DNA of 39,231 bases from a bacterium. GTDB lineage: Bacteria > UBA10199 > 2-02-FULL-44-16 > DYJF01. Below are positions 8,498-17,615 of the stretch, piece by piece (the stretch's first letter is position 1; every line of letters begins with the position of its first letter). The stretch covers positions 1 to 39,231 of the forward strand of contig JBGSNL010000029.1 in assembly GCA_041739675.1 (NCBI GenBank). Direction: 5' to 3'. The position numbers and the translations under genes were made by a program. The notes beneath the pieces are model-generated. The model worked only from the letters and a program-made list of their open reading frames with translations. It made no database searches and was not told the origin of the DNA.

Positions 8498-9702
8498 TGT
8501 ATCCCGAATCAAAAATAGATCTGTCGGTTGATTTCTGCGGCGTGCGCTTCGAGAACCCGTTTGTTCTGGCGGCGGCACCCCCCACCGACGAGATCGAAAT
8601 GGTGAGAGACGGGTTTAATGCCGGCTGGGCGGGCGCGGTCCTCAAGACGACCGCGATGCCGGGCACTTCGGTCGATCTCGTCTATCCTCTGATCAGCGCG
8701 ATAGATTACGAAAACTCGCGCGCGATGGGGATGACAAACATTGATCTCATCAGCCACTACGATGTCGGCATCGTTGAGGAACGCGTCAAAGTTTTGAAAA
8801 AAGAATTTCCCTCAAAGGTCGTGATCGCCTCCATCACCGGCCAGACGAAAGAGTATTGGCAGGAGCTGGTGAAAAGGCTTGAAGGGGCGGGTGCGGATAT
8901 CATCGAGGCCTCTTTTTCGTGTCCGCAGGGGACCCTCGGATTGAGGCCGGGCATGATGCTGGCGCAGGACGCCTCCGCATCAGCAGAGGTTGCGGGCTGG
9001 ATCAAGTCGGCAGCCAAACGATGCCCCGTCGTCATAAAGCTCACGCCCATGGTGGGTGATATAGTGGAAATCGCAAATGCGGTTAGGAACGCCGGCGCCG
9101 ATGCGGTCTGTGTGGGCAACACCATGCCGTCGATCACGAAGATCGATCTTGAAAGCGGGGTTCCGTATCCGCGCATAGAGGGCAAATCCACTTTTTCAGG
9201 GCTTTCTGGTCCCGCGATTCGCCCCATATCTCTGGGCTGTATCGCAAAAGTGGGCAAAGCGGGAATTCCGATAGCGGGCAGCGGCGGCGCAACGACCTGG
9301 CGCGACGCTGCCGAATTCATGCTCATGGGGGCGTCGGTCGTGCAGTTTGCGACGGCGGTTATGCACTACGGATTCGATATCGTAACCGATCTCATCGAAG
9401 GTATGACCTCGCATCTTGAGCGGAAGGGTATGTCGTCAGTAAGAGAGCTCATAGGACGCTCGCTCCCGACAATTGTCTCTCACGAGGAGCTTCTTCGCGG
9501 AATCAAGGTGCGGGCCTCGGTCAATCGCGATCTTTGCATACGCTGCGATCTTTGCATGATCGCCTGCCGTGACGGCGGCCATCGCGCGATAACCGTGGAC
9601 GCAGAACGGTATCCCACTGTCGACGAAGAGAAGTGCGTTGGATGCGGCCTCTGCGCGTCAATTTGCCCAGTTGATGAATGTATTTTACTTGCGAAACGAT
9701 AA
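8494..9702 (+). CDS. preA: Dihydropyrimidine dehydrogenase subunit PreA-like (FMN barrel plus 2x[4Fe-4S])
   Basis: FENPFVLAAAPPTD, GWAGAVLKT, FSCPQG, IKLTP, SGPAIRP, CIRCDLCMIAC, CVGCGLCASICP; ATGA overlap with the upstream gene. Confidence 0.85.
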   Translation: MMYPESKIDLSVDFCGVRFENPFVLAAAPPTDEIEMVRDGFNAGWAGAVLKTTAMPGTSVDLVYPLISAIDYENSRAMGMTNIDLISHYDVGIVEERVKVLKKEFPSKVVIASITGQTKEYWQELVKRLEGAGADIIEASFSCPQGTLGLRPGMMLAQDASASAEVAGWIKSAAKRCPVVIKLTPMVGDIVEIANAVRNAGADAVCVGNTMPSITKIDLESGVPYPRIEGKSTFSGLSGPAIRPISLGCIAKVGKAGIPIAGSGGATTWRDAAEFMLMGASVVQFATAVMHYGFDIVTDLIEGMTSHLERKGMSSVRELIGRSLPTIVSHEELLRGIKVRASVNRDLCIRCDLCMIACRDGGHRAITVDAERYPTVDEEKCVGCGLCASICPVDECILLAKR

Positions 9703-9705
9703 ACT

Positions 9706-10971
9706 ATGGCAAAGTTCATCTACGAATGCATCGATTGCTCGAAACATTATCTTGATAGTGAGGTGACCTATCTTTGCCCGGCCTGCAGTGCGTCTCAAAA
9801 GCCCTTGCAGCCTCTCTCGGGCGTCCTCAAAATTCTCTACGATTATGAGAGCATCAAAAAGGAATTGGATGTTGAGCATCTGAAACGCCGCCGCACGACC
9901 GGGATTTGGCGCTACCATGAGATATTTCCCATCCTTGAAAAAAGCTCCATTCCGCCTCTGATGACCGGCCCCACGCCCTTGCGTCCCGCGCACCGGCTGC
10001 GGCGGATGCTGGGCCTCAAGGGTCTCTACCTCAAAGACGACACCGGGCTGCCGACCGGCTCGTTCAAGGACCGCGCGTCCGTTTTAGTTGTTGCGCGCGC
10101 ACATGAAGAAAAACGCAATGTCATAGTCGCGGCATCAACCGGAAATGCGGCCTCTTCCGTTTCGGGGATGTGCGCCTCCGTCGGAATGAAATGCGTGATT
10201 CTTTGCCCTGCGAAGGCGCCGGCGGCGAAGCTGGCACAGATCGTAGTGTACGGGGCGAAACTTCTGCCGGTGAACGGTACTTACGATCAGGCTTTCGATC
10301 TGTCGCTTGAAGCCACGAGAAAGTTCGGCTGGTACAGCCGCAATACAGCCTTTAACCCCATGACGGTCGAAGGCAAAAAGAGCGCGGCGCTGGAGATCTG
10401 GGAGGATCTGAAATTCCAGGCGCCCGATAAGATATTGATACCGACGGGCGACGGCGTCATTCTGGCCGGCGTTGCAAAAGGTTTTCAGGAATTGATCGAG
10501 CTTGGCCTTGCCGAGAAGATGCCGCAGCTGATCGCGGTGCAGGCGTCCGGATCGTGCGCCATCACGACGGCCTTCGAGTCGGGCGCGGATGAAGTGGCGC
10601 CACATAAAAATGCGCAGACGATAGCCGATTCGATCTGTGTTGCCGCGCCAAGGAACGGCCGCTGGGCGCTCAAGGCCGTCCGCGAAAGCGGCGGATCTGC
10701 CGTGACCGTCACGGATGAAGAGATATTGTCGGCAATCGCTCTTCTGGGATCGGCCGAAGGGGTTTTCGCAGAACCGGCAGCCGCCGCAACGATCGCCGCG
10801 CTGAAAAAACTTGTGAAGGAAGATAAAATCAAATCTGACGAAACTGTTGTGGCGCTCATCACCGGCAGCGGTCTCAAAGATGTAGCGGCCGCATCCAGGG
10901 CCGCTAAAATTCCTGAACCCGTCGAACCCGACATCAACTCAATTTCCAAAGCACTTCAGTCTGTTCTTTAG
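9706..10971 (+). CDS. Threonine synthase-like PLP-dependent enzyme (fold type II)
   Basis: N-terminal CxxC...CxxC, PTGSFKDR, ASTGNAA, EGKKSAALE, PTGDG, EPAAAA, ITGSGLKD. Confidence 0.85.
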   Translation: MAKFIYECIDCSKHYLDSEVTYLCPACSASQKPLQPLSGVLKILYDYESIKKELDVEHLKRRRTTGIWRYHEIFPILEKSSIPPLMTGPTPLRPAHRLRRMLGLKGLYLKDDTGLPTGSFKDRASVLVVARAHEEKRNVIVAASTGNAASSVSGMCASVGMKCVILCPAKAPAAKLAQIVVYGAKLLPVNGTYDQAFDLSLEATRKFGWYSRNTAFNPMTVEGKKSAALEIWEDLKFQAPDKILIPTGDGVILAGVAKGFQELIELGLAEKMPQLIAVQASGSCAITTAFESGADEVAPHKNAQTIADSICVAAPRNGRWALKAVRESGGSAVTVTDEEILSAIALLGSAEGVFAEPAAAATIAALKKLVKEDKIKSDETVVALITGSGLKDVAAASRAAKIPEPVEPDINSISKALQSVL

Positions 10972-11764
10972 GGTTCGCGGAATCGGGCCCTATGATCAGT
11001 TCGAACTTCAAAATATCTCCCGGATTCACGGCGCGTTCCTGAGTGGGCAGTATGCACTGTTTCCAGTGGGTGAGTTTTTTGAGTGGAGACGCGTCTGTTA
11101 CGTGGCCTTTTGCCCATTCTATCTTCGGCCATATCGCGATGCCGGAAAGCCTGCCCTTTTTCGTCACGGCAAACTTGCTTTTCACGTGAATGGCGCGGCC
11201 GAATTTCCCCGATGTCACCACTTGGATAAGCATCTGCGGGCGTGAGAGGAGGTTTTTTTTCAGGACGACGGAAACGTCGATCGTGGGGGATGGTTTTCGG
11301 GGTCTTTCAAACGTTGCCGGCGCGCCCCAGAGTTCGATGACCGCCGGAATTATTTTCCCGCCGCGTTTCAAAAATCTTTTTTTGGCGTCAGCAAGTGTCG
11401 CCAGTATGTTTTCGTCGAACGCCGCGCTCCCGATCGTCTCGCAGATCACGACGTCTACCTTCTCTCCGATATAGACATCCGCAGAATGTCCCTCGATAAA
11501 TGAGATGCGTTCGCCCACGCCGTGTTTTTTTGCAGACTCGATCGCGACGCCCAGGCTCTCCGCATCGCAGTCAATGGCATAGACCTGTTCTGCGCCTGAA
11601 GAGACCGCGTAAAAGGAGAGAAGGCCCAGGCCGCATCCGATATCGCACACGACATCGCCTTTTTTCACCACTTGTTTTATTGATTTTGCAAGAGGGAGCG
11701 TGCGCAGGGGATCCAGAACCATAGCTGCGTGGCGGGCAAGAATTTTTTGTTCGTGAGTAGGCAT
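10934..11764 (-). CDS. SAM-dependent methyltransferase with protein-arginine-methyltransferase (PRMT)-like motifs
   Basis: HAAMVLDPLRT, VCDIGCGLGLLS, VYAID, KVDVVICETIGSAAFDENI, RFLKRGGKIIP, SPLKKLTHWKQ. Confidence 0.8.
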   Translation of the reverse strand: MPTHEQKILARHAAMVLDPLRTLPLAKSIKQVVKKGDVVCDIGCGLGLLSFYAVSSGAEQVYAIDCDAESLGVAIESAKKHGVGERISFIEGHSADVYIGEKVDVVICETIGSAAFDENILATLADAKKRFLKRGGKIIPAVIELWGAPATFERPRKPSPTIDVSVVLKKNLLSRPQMLIQVVTSGKFGRAIHVKSKFAVTKKGRLSGIAIWPKIEWAKGHVTDASPLKKLTHWKQCILPTQERAVNPGDILKFELIIGPDSANPKEQTEVLWKLS

Positions 11765-11770
11765 TTGAAA

Positions 11771-12715
11771 TCAGCGGAACGGACGCGGCGCGAACCGCTC
11801 GTAGAAGAGCCCCCAGCGGAGACCGCGGTCCGAAACCGTCGTCACGTCGTAGCCCAGGCGCCGCATCACCCGGTCGAGAATTATGGCGCCGGAGAGGATC
11901 ACGTCCTCGCGCCCCTTCTGGAGCCCGACGATCTTGCGTCTCTCGGCGACCGATTTCATCTTCAGCTCGTCGATGATGACCTGTACGTCTAACATCTCGA
12001 GAACGATGCCGTGGATCTTCGAGTGGTCGAAAGAGGTCATGTGTTTTTCGATTGCGGCAATCGTCGTCGCCGTTCCCGCCGTTGCGATCAGCTTGTCGGC
12101 ATGGCGATGGGAGAGGGATTGAAGGGCCTGCGCAAGATGCTGGTCGATGATGGTGCAAATTTCCTTGAATTCGTCGGCGGTAACCGGATCGTTTTTGATA
12201 AAATGCTCGGTCAAGACAACCGAGCCTATCGGCATCGAAATATACTGGCACGAGCTCGTCTCGGATTTGGTCTCGCCCGACTGCGGCCTGCCCCAGATGA
12301 GTTCGGTGGATCCTCCGCCGACGTCGCAGACCAGAATGTCGGTTCCGAATTCGCGCGCGCACGCGTGGAAGGTGAGCCACGCTTCTTTTTCCGGCGTGAC
12401 GACCTCGATTTCAAAGCCCATCTCGTCGCGCGCGCGGAGCAGGAATTGGTCGGCGTTGGAAGCGCGCCTGAGCGCCTCCGTTGCCACAACCGCACTGGCG
12501 GAGACGTGATGCTTTTCGCAGAGCTGCCGGTATTCCTTGAGCGCCGCGAGCGTTCTTTCGATTGCTTCGGCGGAAAGATTTTCGCTCTGGGTGAGACCCT
12601 CGCCGATGCGTGTGATTCTGGCCTCATCGGCTGCGATGCGTATCCTTCCGTCCGGGAGGGAATCGCCGATGAGCAGGAGCACGGAATTCGTGCCGATGTC
12701 TATGGTTGCGAACAT
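11771..12715 (-). CDS. ppx: Ppx/GppA-family phosphatase (short form)
   Basis: ATIDIGTNS, VATEALRRASN, DVGGGSTE, GTATT, REDVILSGA, SDRGLRWG; start overlaps the tolB stop (TAATG). Confidence 0.88.
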   Translation of the reverse strand: MFATIDIGTNSVLLLIGDSLPDGRIRIAADEARITRIGEGLTQSENLSAEAIERTLAALKEYRQLCEKHHVSASAVVATEALRRASNADQFLLRARDEMGFEIEVVTPEKEAWLTFHACAREFGTDILVCDVGGGSTELIWGRPQSGETKSETSSCQYISMPIGSVVLTEHFIKNDPVTADEFKEICTIIDQHLAQALQSLSHRHADKLIATAGTATTIAAIEKHMTSFDHSKIHGIVLEMLDVQVIIDELKMKSVAERRKIVGLQKGREDVILSGAIILDRVMRRLGYDVTTVSDRGLRWGLFYERFAPRPFR

Positions 12716-14001
12716 TACTTGACTCTCGGCCCCCATTCGGGCAGCTGGCCGCCGCCCTTGGAAATTTTCGTCTGGTTGCTGCCGTCGGCGCGCATGAGAT
12801 ATACCCCCGTTTCGCCGCCGCGAGTGGAGCTGAAGACCACAAATCTGCCGTCGGGCGACCATGCGGGATGTTCGTTGCTGCCCGATCCGACGGTCAAGCG
12901 CTGTATGTTCGACCCGTCCGGATTCATGATGAAGATGTCAAAGGTTCCCATGTCGCGGCCCGCGAATGCCACCTTGTCTCCCATGGGCGACCAGCTTGGC
13001 ATGTCGTTTTGATAACCGACGAATGTGAGTCTGTCGGCGCCGCCGCCGGATGCGGACATGCGGTAAAGGTGAAGGCTGCCGGTGCGGTCGGATGCGAATA
13101 TTATGGAGCCTCCATCGGGAGACCACGTCGGCGCGATATCGATTCCGCGCGAGCTCGCAAGGCGCGCGGCCGCTCCTCCCGACGCCGGGACGACATAAAT
13201 ATCCGACTCGCCGGAGGCCGAAGATGCGAACGCTATTTTCGAACCGTCGGGCGACCACGCGGGTGTGATCTTGGAGCCCGGCCCTCCGACAAGTTGCTTC
13301 AACCCCTTGCCGTCCGCTCCGATGCTGTAGAGATCAGGCTGGCCGCGCGTGTAGGAAGTGAACGAGAGCTTTGAGCCGTCAGGGGACCATGTGGGCGAGA
13401 GGGTCAGGGATTTTAAGTTGGTGACCTTTCTCTCGTTCTCGCCGTCCATATCCATTATGAATATGTCTTTGCCGCCTTTTTTAGTCGCCACCGTGAATGC
13501 GATCTTCGTGTTGAAGACGCCCGGAATTCCGGTCAGCGCCTCCATTATGTCGTCTGAAAAGCGGTGCGCAACTTCGCGGATCTCTTTTTTCGAAAATGTG
13601 TACTGCTTGCCTACCAGCATCTGCGGGATGTAAGGATCGAAGAGCCTCAGCGTTGCGACGTATTTTCCGCCCTGTGAATCTATGCTGCCTTTCACAAGCG
13701 CCTGCGCCTGAATCGACGTCCAGTAGCTGAAGCGGATCGTGTCCGCGGTGATTCCCTCTTTATCGGATTGGCTCTGGTATGCGCCCCACGGCAGGACGTT
13801 GAAATAACCCGAGAGCTCAAGGTCGTGGCGGATAATATTGGGCACGTCTTTGGCCATGTCTCCGCCGCCCGTAAGATTGCATATCGCGATCGGAAACTTC
13901 TGGTCGGATGGCTGATCTATCGGAATGTAGATGCGTGCCTCTGCGCAAACCGAAATCAGCAGAAAGAAAACGGTGAGTAAAATTTGTATGCGGTTTTTCA
14001 T
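12715..14001 (-). CDS. tolB: Tol-Pal beta-propeller protein TolB
   Basis: Signal peptide, DLELSGYF, AHRFSDDI..LTGIPGVFNTKIAF, repeated PxWSPDG units. Confidence 0.92.
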   Translation of the reverse strand: MKNRIQILLTVFFLLISVCAEARIYIPIDQPSDQKFPIAICNLTGGGDMAKDVPNIIRHDLELSGYFNVLPWGAYQSQSDKEGITADTIRFSYWTSIQAQALVKGSIDSQGGKYVATLRLFDPYIPQMLVGKQYTFSKKEIREVAHRFSDDIMEALTGIPGVFNTKIAFTVATKKGGKDIFIMDMDGENERKVTNLKSLTLSPTWSPDGSKLSFTSYTRGQPDLYSIGADGKGLKQLVGGPGSKITPAWSPDGSKIAFASSASGESDIYVVPASGGAAARLASSRGIDIAPTWSPDGGSIIFASDRTGSLHLYRMSASGGGADRLTFVGYQNDMPSWSPMGDKVAFAGRDMGTFDIFIMNPDGSNIQRLTVGSGSNEHPAWSPDGRFVVFSSTRGGETGVYLMRADGSNQTKISKGGGQLPEWGPRVK

Positions 14002-14056
14002 AGTTGTTGGATAATATGCAAGAAAAGGGAGAAAGGCAAGCTGTAGCCGCGGTCTT

Positions 14057-14896
14057 CTACTGCGGTTTCAATCTGGGATCGAACTCGATCAAGAACCCCT
14101 CATTATATGCCTCCCATGCGAGGCGGTCGGGCGGCTTGGGGAAGGGTGAGGCCTTTCTGACGGCGCGGGCCGCGGACTGGTCAAACGTGGGATCGCCCGA
14201 GGAGCGCTCCCATCGGGTGGACATTACCTCGCCGTCCATGTTGATCATGACCTCCAGCGCGCAGTTGCGCCTCTGGCCGCCCTCCTCGACGTAGCGGAGC
14301 GGCAGAACCCATTCGGATATGATCCGTGCGCGGACCATCGCCTGATACTTCAGGTATTCGGGATCGGAGGGAAGCACGCGGAGCGGTTTGTTGGAGGTGC
14401 CGTATTTGTATCCCTCGCCGTTATCCTTGATCTGTCCGGCTTCAGGGACGATTGCGCGGTTCGCCAGCTGCTTGTCTATCATCGCCAGTGCGTTTGCGAT
14501 CTTCCGGTCCGTTGCCGAGGCGGCCCTCTTGGGCGGCGCCTTCTCACCCGGTTTCGGTTTTGTTGGCTGACCCATCTTTTCCGGCGGCTTGGGTGCCTGT
14601 TGTGCTGGAGCCTTCATCTCGGGGGCAAGCGGTTTTTGTTCGGGTTCGAAGAGTTTTTTCTGCTCTTCGATCGTGCTCTTTGGAAGCGATTCGGACTTTT
14701 TTATTCCAAGCCCGATCTCATCGCTCGTCCCTTTGGGCAGCTCCACCCAGATAACCCTTGTGGGTTTATCGTACATGGGAAGGCGGAGGCCGGGAACGAC
14801 GGACAGCGTAATAACGATAATGACGTGGATTATGACCGAATAGGTTATCGCTTTTTTAAGCGAAGGAGTGCGTTGAGAATGTGCCTTATGGTTCAT
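14057..14896 (-). CDS. tolA: TolA / TonB-family energy transducer
   Basis: N-terminal TM with SxxxH (SVIIH), Pro/Lys-rich linker, C-terminal SSGDPTFDQSAARAVRKASPFPKPP; between tolR and tolB. Confidence 0.8.
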   Translation of the reverse strand: MNHKAHSQRTPSLKKAITYSVIIHVIIVITLSVVPGLRLPMYDKPTRVIWVELPKGTSDEIGLGIKKSESLPKSTIEEQKKLFEPEQKPLAPEMKAPAQQAPKPPEKMGQPTKPKPGEKAPPKRAASATDRKIANALAMIDKQLANRAIVPEAGQIKDNGEGYKYGTSNKPLRVLPSDPEYLKYQAMVRARIISEWVLPLRYVEEGGQRRNCALEVMINMDGEVMSTRWERSSGDPTFDQSAARAVRKASPFPKPPDRLAWEAYNEGFLIEFDPRLKPQ

Positions 14897-14907
14897 TCAT
14901 TTCCTGC

Positions 14908-15336
14908 CTAGAGGGCGCCCTCGGCCTCCGGTTGCGTGATCATGCCGATTCTGTCCACGCCCGCCTTCTTAGCTATCGACATGACCTTGATCACAGTGCC
15001 GTAGAGAAGATCCGTATCGGCCTTGATGAAGAGATCTTTTTCCTGTTTTGTTGAATAGATTAGCGTGAGCTGTTCTTCGAGCTTGTCGATCGGCACGAGG
15101 GTCTGATCGTCGCCTATGAAAATCTGATCGCCCTTCTGGATCGTCACGACGACGTCGTTCTTCGTGCGCTTCAGGGCCTGTGCCTGCGCCTGCGGAAGGT
15201 TCACGGGCAGACCCTGCTGCAATAGCGGAGCCGTCACCATGAAGATGATGAGAAGAACCAGCATCACGTCCACGAACGGCGTGATGTTGATGTCCGGGTT
15301 GAGCCGGTGATGTCCCCCTCCCGAGTGCACTATCAT
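14908..15336 (-). CDS. tolR: TolR/ExbD
   Basis: DINITPFVDVMLVLLIIFMVTAP, IKADTDLLYGTVIKVM. Confidence 0.9.
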   Translation of the reverse strand: MIVHSGGGHHRLNPDINITPFVDVMLVLLIIFMVTAPLLQQGLPVNLPQAQAQALKRTKNDVVVTIQKGDQIFIGDDQTLVPIDKLEEQLTLIYSTKQEKDLFIKADTDLLYGTVIKVMSIAKKAGVDRIGMITQPEAEGAL

Positions 15337-15350
15337 AACTTATCCTTTCG

Positions 15351-16046
15351 TCAGGCGTAGTATTCGTTTTTGATGCGGCCGACCAGATCGTCCGTGAAAT
15401 TGTCCAGATCCTTGGAGATCAGTCTGATCTTGTTGACGTATACGTTGTAGAAGATAACCGCCGGGATCGCTGCCGCAAGGCCTATCGCCGTAGCGATGAG
15501 CGCCTCCGCGATGTGCGGGCCGACTATTGCAAGGCTTGAAGTCCCGGTGCGGCCGATCTTCCAGAACGCGTTCAGGATTCCCCACACGGTTCCGAAAAGT
15601 CCGATGAACGGCGCGGCGGAGCCGGTCGTAGCCAGGAACGGTACGCCGTATTCCATCTGCTCCACTTCCTCTTCGGCAGCGCGCCTGATCTCTTTTTCAA
15701 CCGACATGGCGTTTTCATGCTTCTCATCTTCGCGGAGCACGTCCACGCCCGCCTTGAAGACGTTGAAGGCCGGGCTTTTCCGGAACTGGCCCTTCGTTAT
15801 GAACTGGTCCATGTTCCTTGCCTGCCAGAAGGACTGGTAAAACTTGTTCGATTGCTCTTTGGCCTTCTTGAGCTGTCTGTGTTTGCTACCGATGATGGCC
15901 CAGGAGACGATCGAAAACATGACGAGCAGCAGCAGTGTAAGCTGCACCACCGTGTTCGCGTGGATCACGAGGTTGATGAAGTTGTGGTCGCCCGCTTCAA
16001 CGGGTGCGGTCTCTACCTGTCCCAAAAGATTCAAAAGTCCGAACAT
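15351..16046 (-). CDS. tolQ: TolQ/ExbB
   Basis: FLATTGSAAPFIGLFGTVWGI, IAEALIATAIGLAAAIPAVIFYN. Confidence 0.9.
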   Translation of the reverse strand: MFGLLNLLGQVETAPVEAGDHNFINLVIHANTVVQLTLLLLVMFSIVSWAIIGSKHRQLKKAKEQSNKFYQSFWQARNMDQFITKGQFRKSPAFNVFKAGVDVLREDEKHENAMSVEKEIRRAAEEEVEQMEYGVPFLATTGSAAPFIGLFGTVWGILNAFWKIGRTGTSSLAIVGPHIAEALIATAIGLAAAIPAVIFYNVYVNKIRLISKDLDNFTDDLVGRIKNEYYA

Positions 16047-16142
16047 AAAAACCCCTTTCGTTAATTGAATTCGCGGATAATACAGGCGGAAACGAGGTTA
16101 TGTCAAGGGGTGCAAATCGGACAAAAGATTCAGTGCCAAACC

Positions 16143-17369
16143 CTATGTGATCGAAAGTGCCGACACAATTTCGGTTTTTGCATCGAGAGGCAGATTGGAC
16201 TTCGATGTGCAGATGATCTTTTTCCTCTCAAATTCGAGTCCGCTTGATTTCGCTATTTTTTCGAGTGACGTAAATGTTTTCCTTGGGGGAGAAGAGGCCA
16301 GTTTTATTTCCACAGGATAGATCTTGCCTTCGGTTTCATAGATGATGTCCGTCTCAGTTCCCTCTTTTGTTCTCCAGAAATAAAGATTAGCCGCCAACCC
16401 CTTGTACCAGTAACTTTTCACAATTTCCGATATCACCCAGTTTTCAAAGAGCCCTCCGGCGATATGGCTTGCATAAGCGCTTTGTGATGTTCCAAGTTTT
16501 AAAAAATAGCATGCCAGACCCGTATCCAGAAAATATATTTTTTGTGTTTTAACGGATCTCTTGCCGATGTTTCTGAAATACGGCGGCAGAAGCATGATCT
16601 GAAAACTTCTTTCAAGTAGCGTTATCCATGATTTTATTGTCGGGAGACTGACTTCCACATCTCCGGCAAGAGATGCCAAATTCAACAACTGTCCTATTCT
16701 GCCGGCCAAGAGGCGCATAAACTTTTCAAAGAGACCGATATCTTTTACCTTGAGTTGAGAGACCACATCGCGTTCGATGTACGTTTGTACGTATGAACGA
16801 TAATATATCTCCGTGTCTATATCCCGATTTGCCCACAACTCCGGTTTGTCGCCTCTGACGATGAACTGAAAAATGTCATCTATGCTTCGCTCTGTTTCGA
16901 AGGCCGGGGCAGGAGTGGCTATGAAATCCCTGTCGTCCGGCGGTTCGCCGTTGATTTCCTTCCTGCTAAGACCCAGAAGGTTAAGTATTGTGACGCGCCC
17001 TGCGAGCGATTCGGAAACTTTCTTCATCATGGAAAAATTCTGGGAACCGGTGAGCCAGTAATCTCCGCCCGCATCGATGAGCTTGGTTCTTTTTTCGTCG
17101 ACCCGTATTTTTATGTAAGGAAGAATTTCTGGTGCGTACTGGAACTCGTCAATGAGAACAGGCGGCGGAAAGCGTTCAAGAAATGTTTTTGGATCTTTTT
17201 GCGCAAGCGATCTGACTTCAAGATCATCAAGGGTTACAAAACTCCTGTTCGGCTCCGTATGACGCAGCAAAGTGGTCTTTCCGGCCTGTCTTGGGCCGGT
17301 CAACATAATGACGGGCGATGTTTTGGACGCCCGATTAACTACCTGATATAATTCTCTTTTTATATACAT
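16143..17369 (-). CDS. AAA-family ATPase with DUF4143-type C-terminus
   Basis: GPRQAGKTT, LIDEFQY, LTGSQ, YVQTYIERDV, KIYFLDTGL, LFENWV, YFWRT...ETD...PVEIK; lower GC than flanks. Confidence 0.85.
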   Translation of the reverse strand: MYIKRELYQVVNRASKTSPVIMLTGPRQAGKTTLLRHTEPNRSFVTLDDLEVRSLAQKDPKTFLERFPPPVLIDEFQYAPEILPYIKIRVDEKRTKLIDAGGDYWLTGSQNFSMMKKVSESLAGRVTILNLLGLSRKEINGEPPDDRDFIATPAPAFETERSIDDIFQFIVRGDKPELWANRDIDTEIYYRSYVQTYIERDVVSQLKVKDIGLFEKFMRLLAGRIGQLLNLASLAGDVEVSLPTIKSWITLLERSFQIMLLPPYFRNIGKRSVKTQKIYFLDTGLACYFLKLGTSQSAYASHIAGGLFENWVISEIVKSYWYKGLAANLYFWRTKEGTETDIIYETEGKIYPVEIKLASSPPRKTFTSLEKIAKSSGLEFERKKIICTSKSNLPLDAKTEIVSALSIT

Positions 17370-17373
17370 GCGA

Positions 17374-17568
17374 CTATTATAAAGTGTCACTTTAGATTAG
17401 TCAAGGTATGACTTAAAACATAGGTTCTTTTCAACAAATATTTCTCCAAAGAATAGGTTCTTTTCGTAAAATTGCCAAAGAGGGGATCGTCGACTTGGTC
17501 GCGGCGTAATCACATGATATCACATGGCAATTGCGTATTTCTGGCTATTATAAAGTGGCATTTTAGAT
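17374..17568. promoter_or_regulatory. Pair of 24-bp direct repeats with palindromic core (putative operators) upstream of the AAA/DUF4143 gene
   Basis: CTATTATAAAGTGTCACTTTAGAT (17374-17397) and CTATTATAAAGTGGCATTTTAGAT (17545-17568), 22/24 identical; plus ATAGGTTCTTTTC at 17420 and 17453. Confidence 0.6.
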
Positions 17569-17573
17569 AAAAC

Positions 17574-17601
17574 AAAACCCCCGGATGGCCGGGGGCTTTT
17601 T
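17574..17601 (-). terminator. Intrinsic terminator of beta-propeller gene A
   Basis: On the minus strand AAAAAGCCCCCGGCCATCCGGGGGTTTT, then GTTTT. Confidence 0.8.
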
Positions 17602-17615
17602 CAGAGTTCAAATTG

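Noticed and set aside
11571..13374. Long alternative ORFs (269, 333 and 222 aa) over ppx and tolB
   Set aside because: Shadow frames of well-supported genes; Arg-rich with no motifs.
12740..13420. Recurring nucleotide similarity that could suggest a repeat array
   Set aside because: Explained by the PxWSPDG propeller repeats of TolB; not CRISPR.
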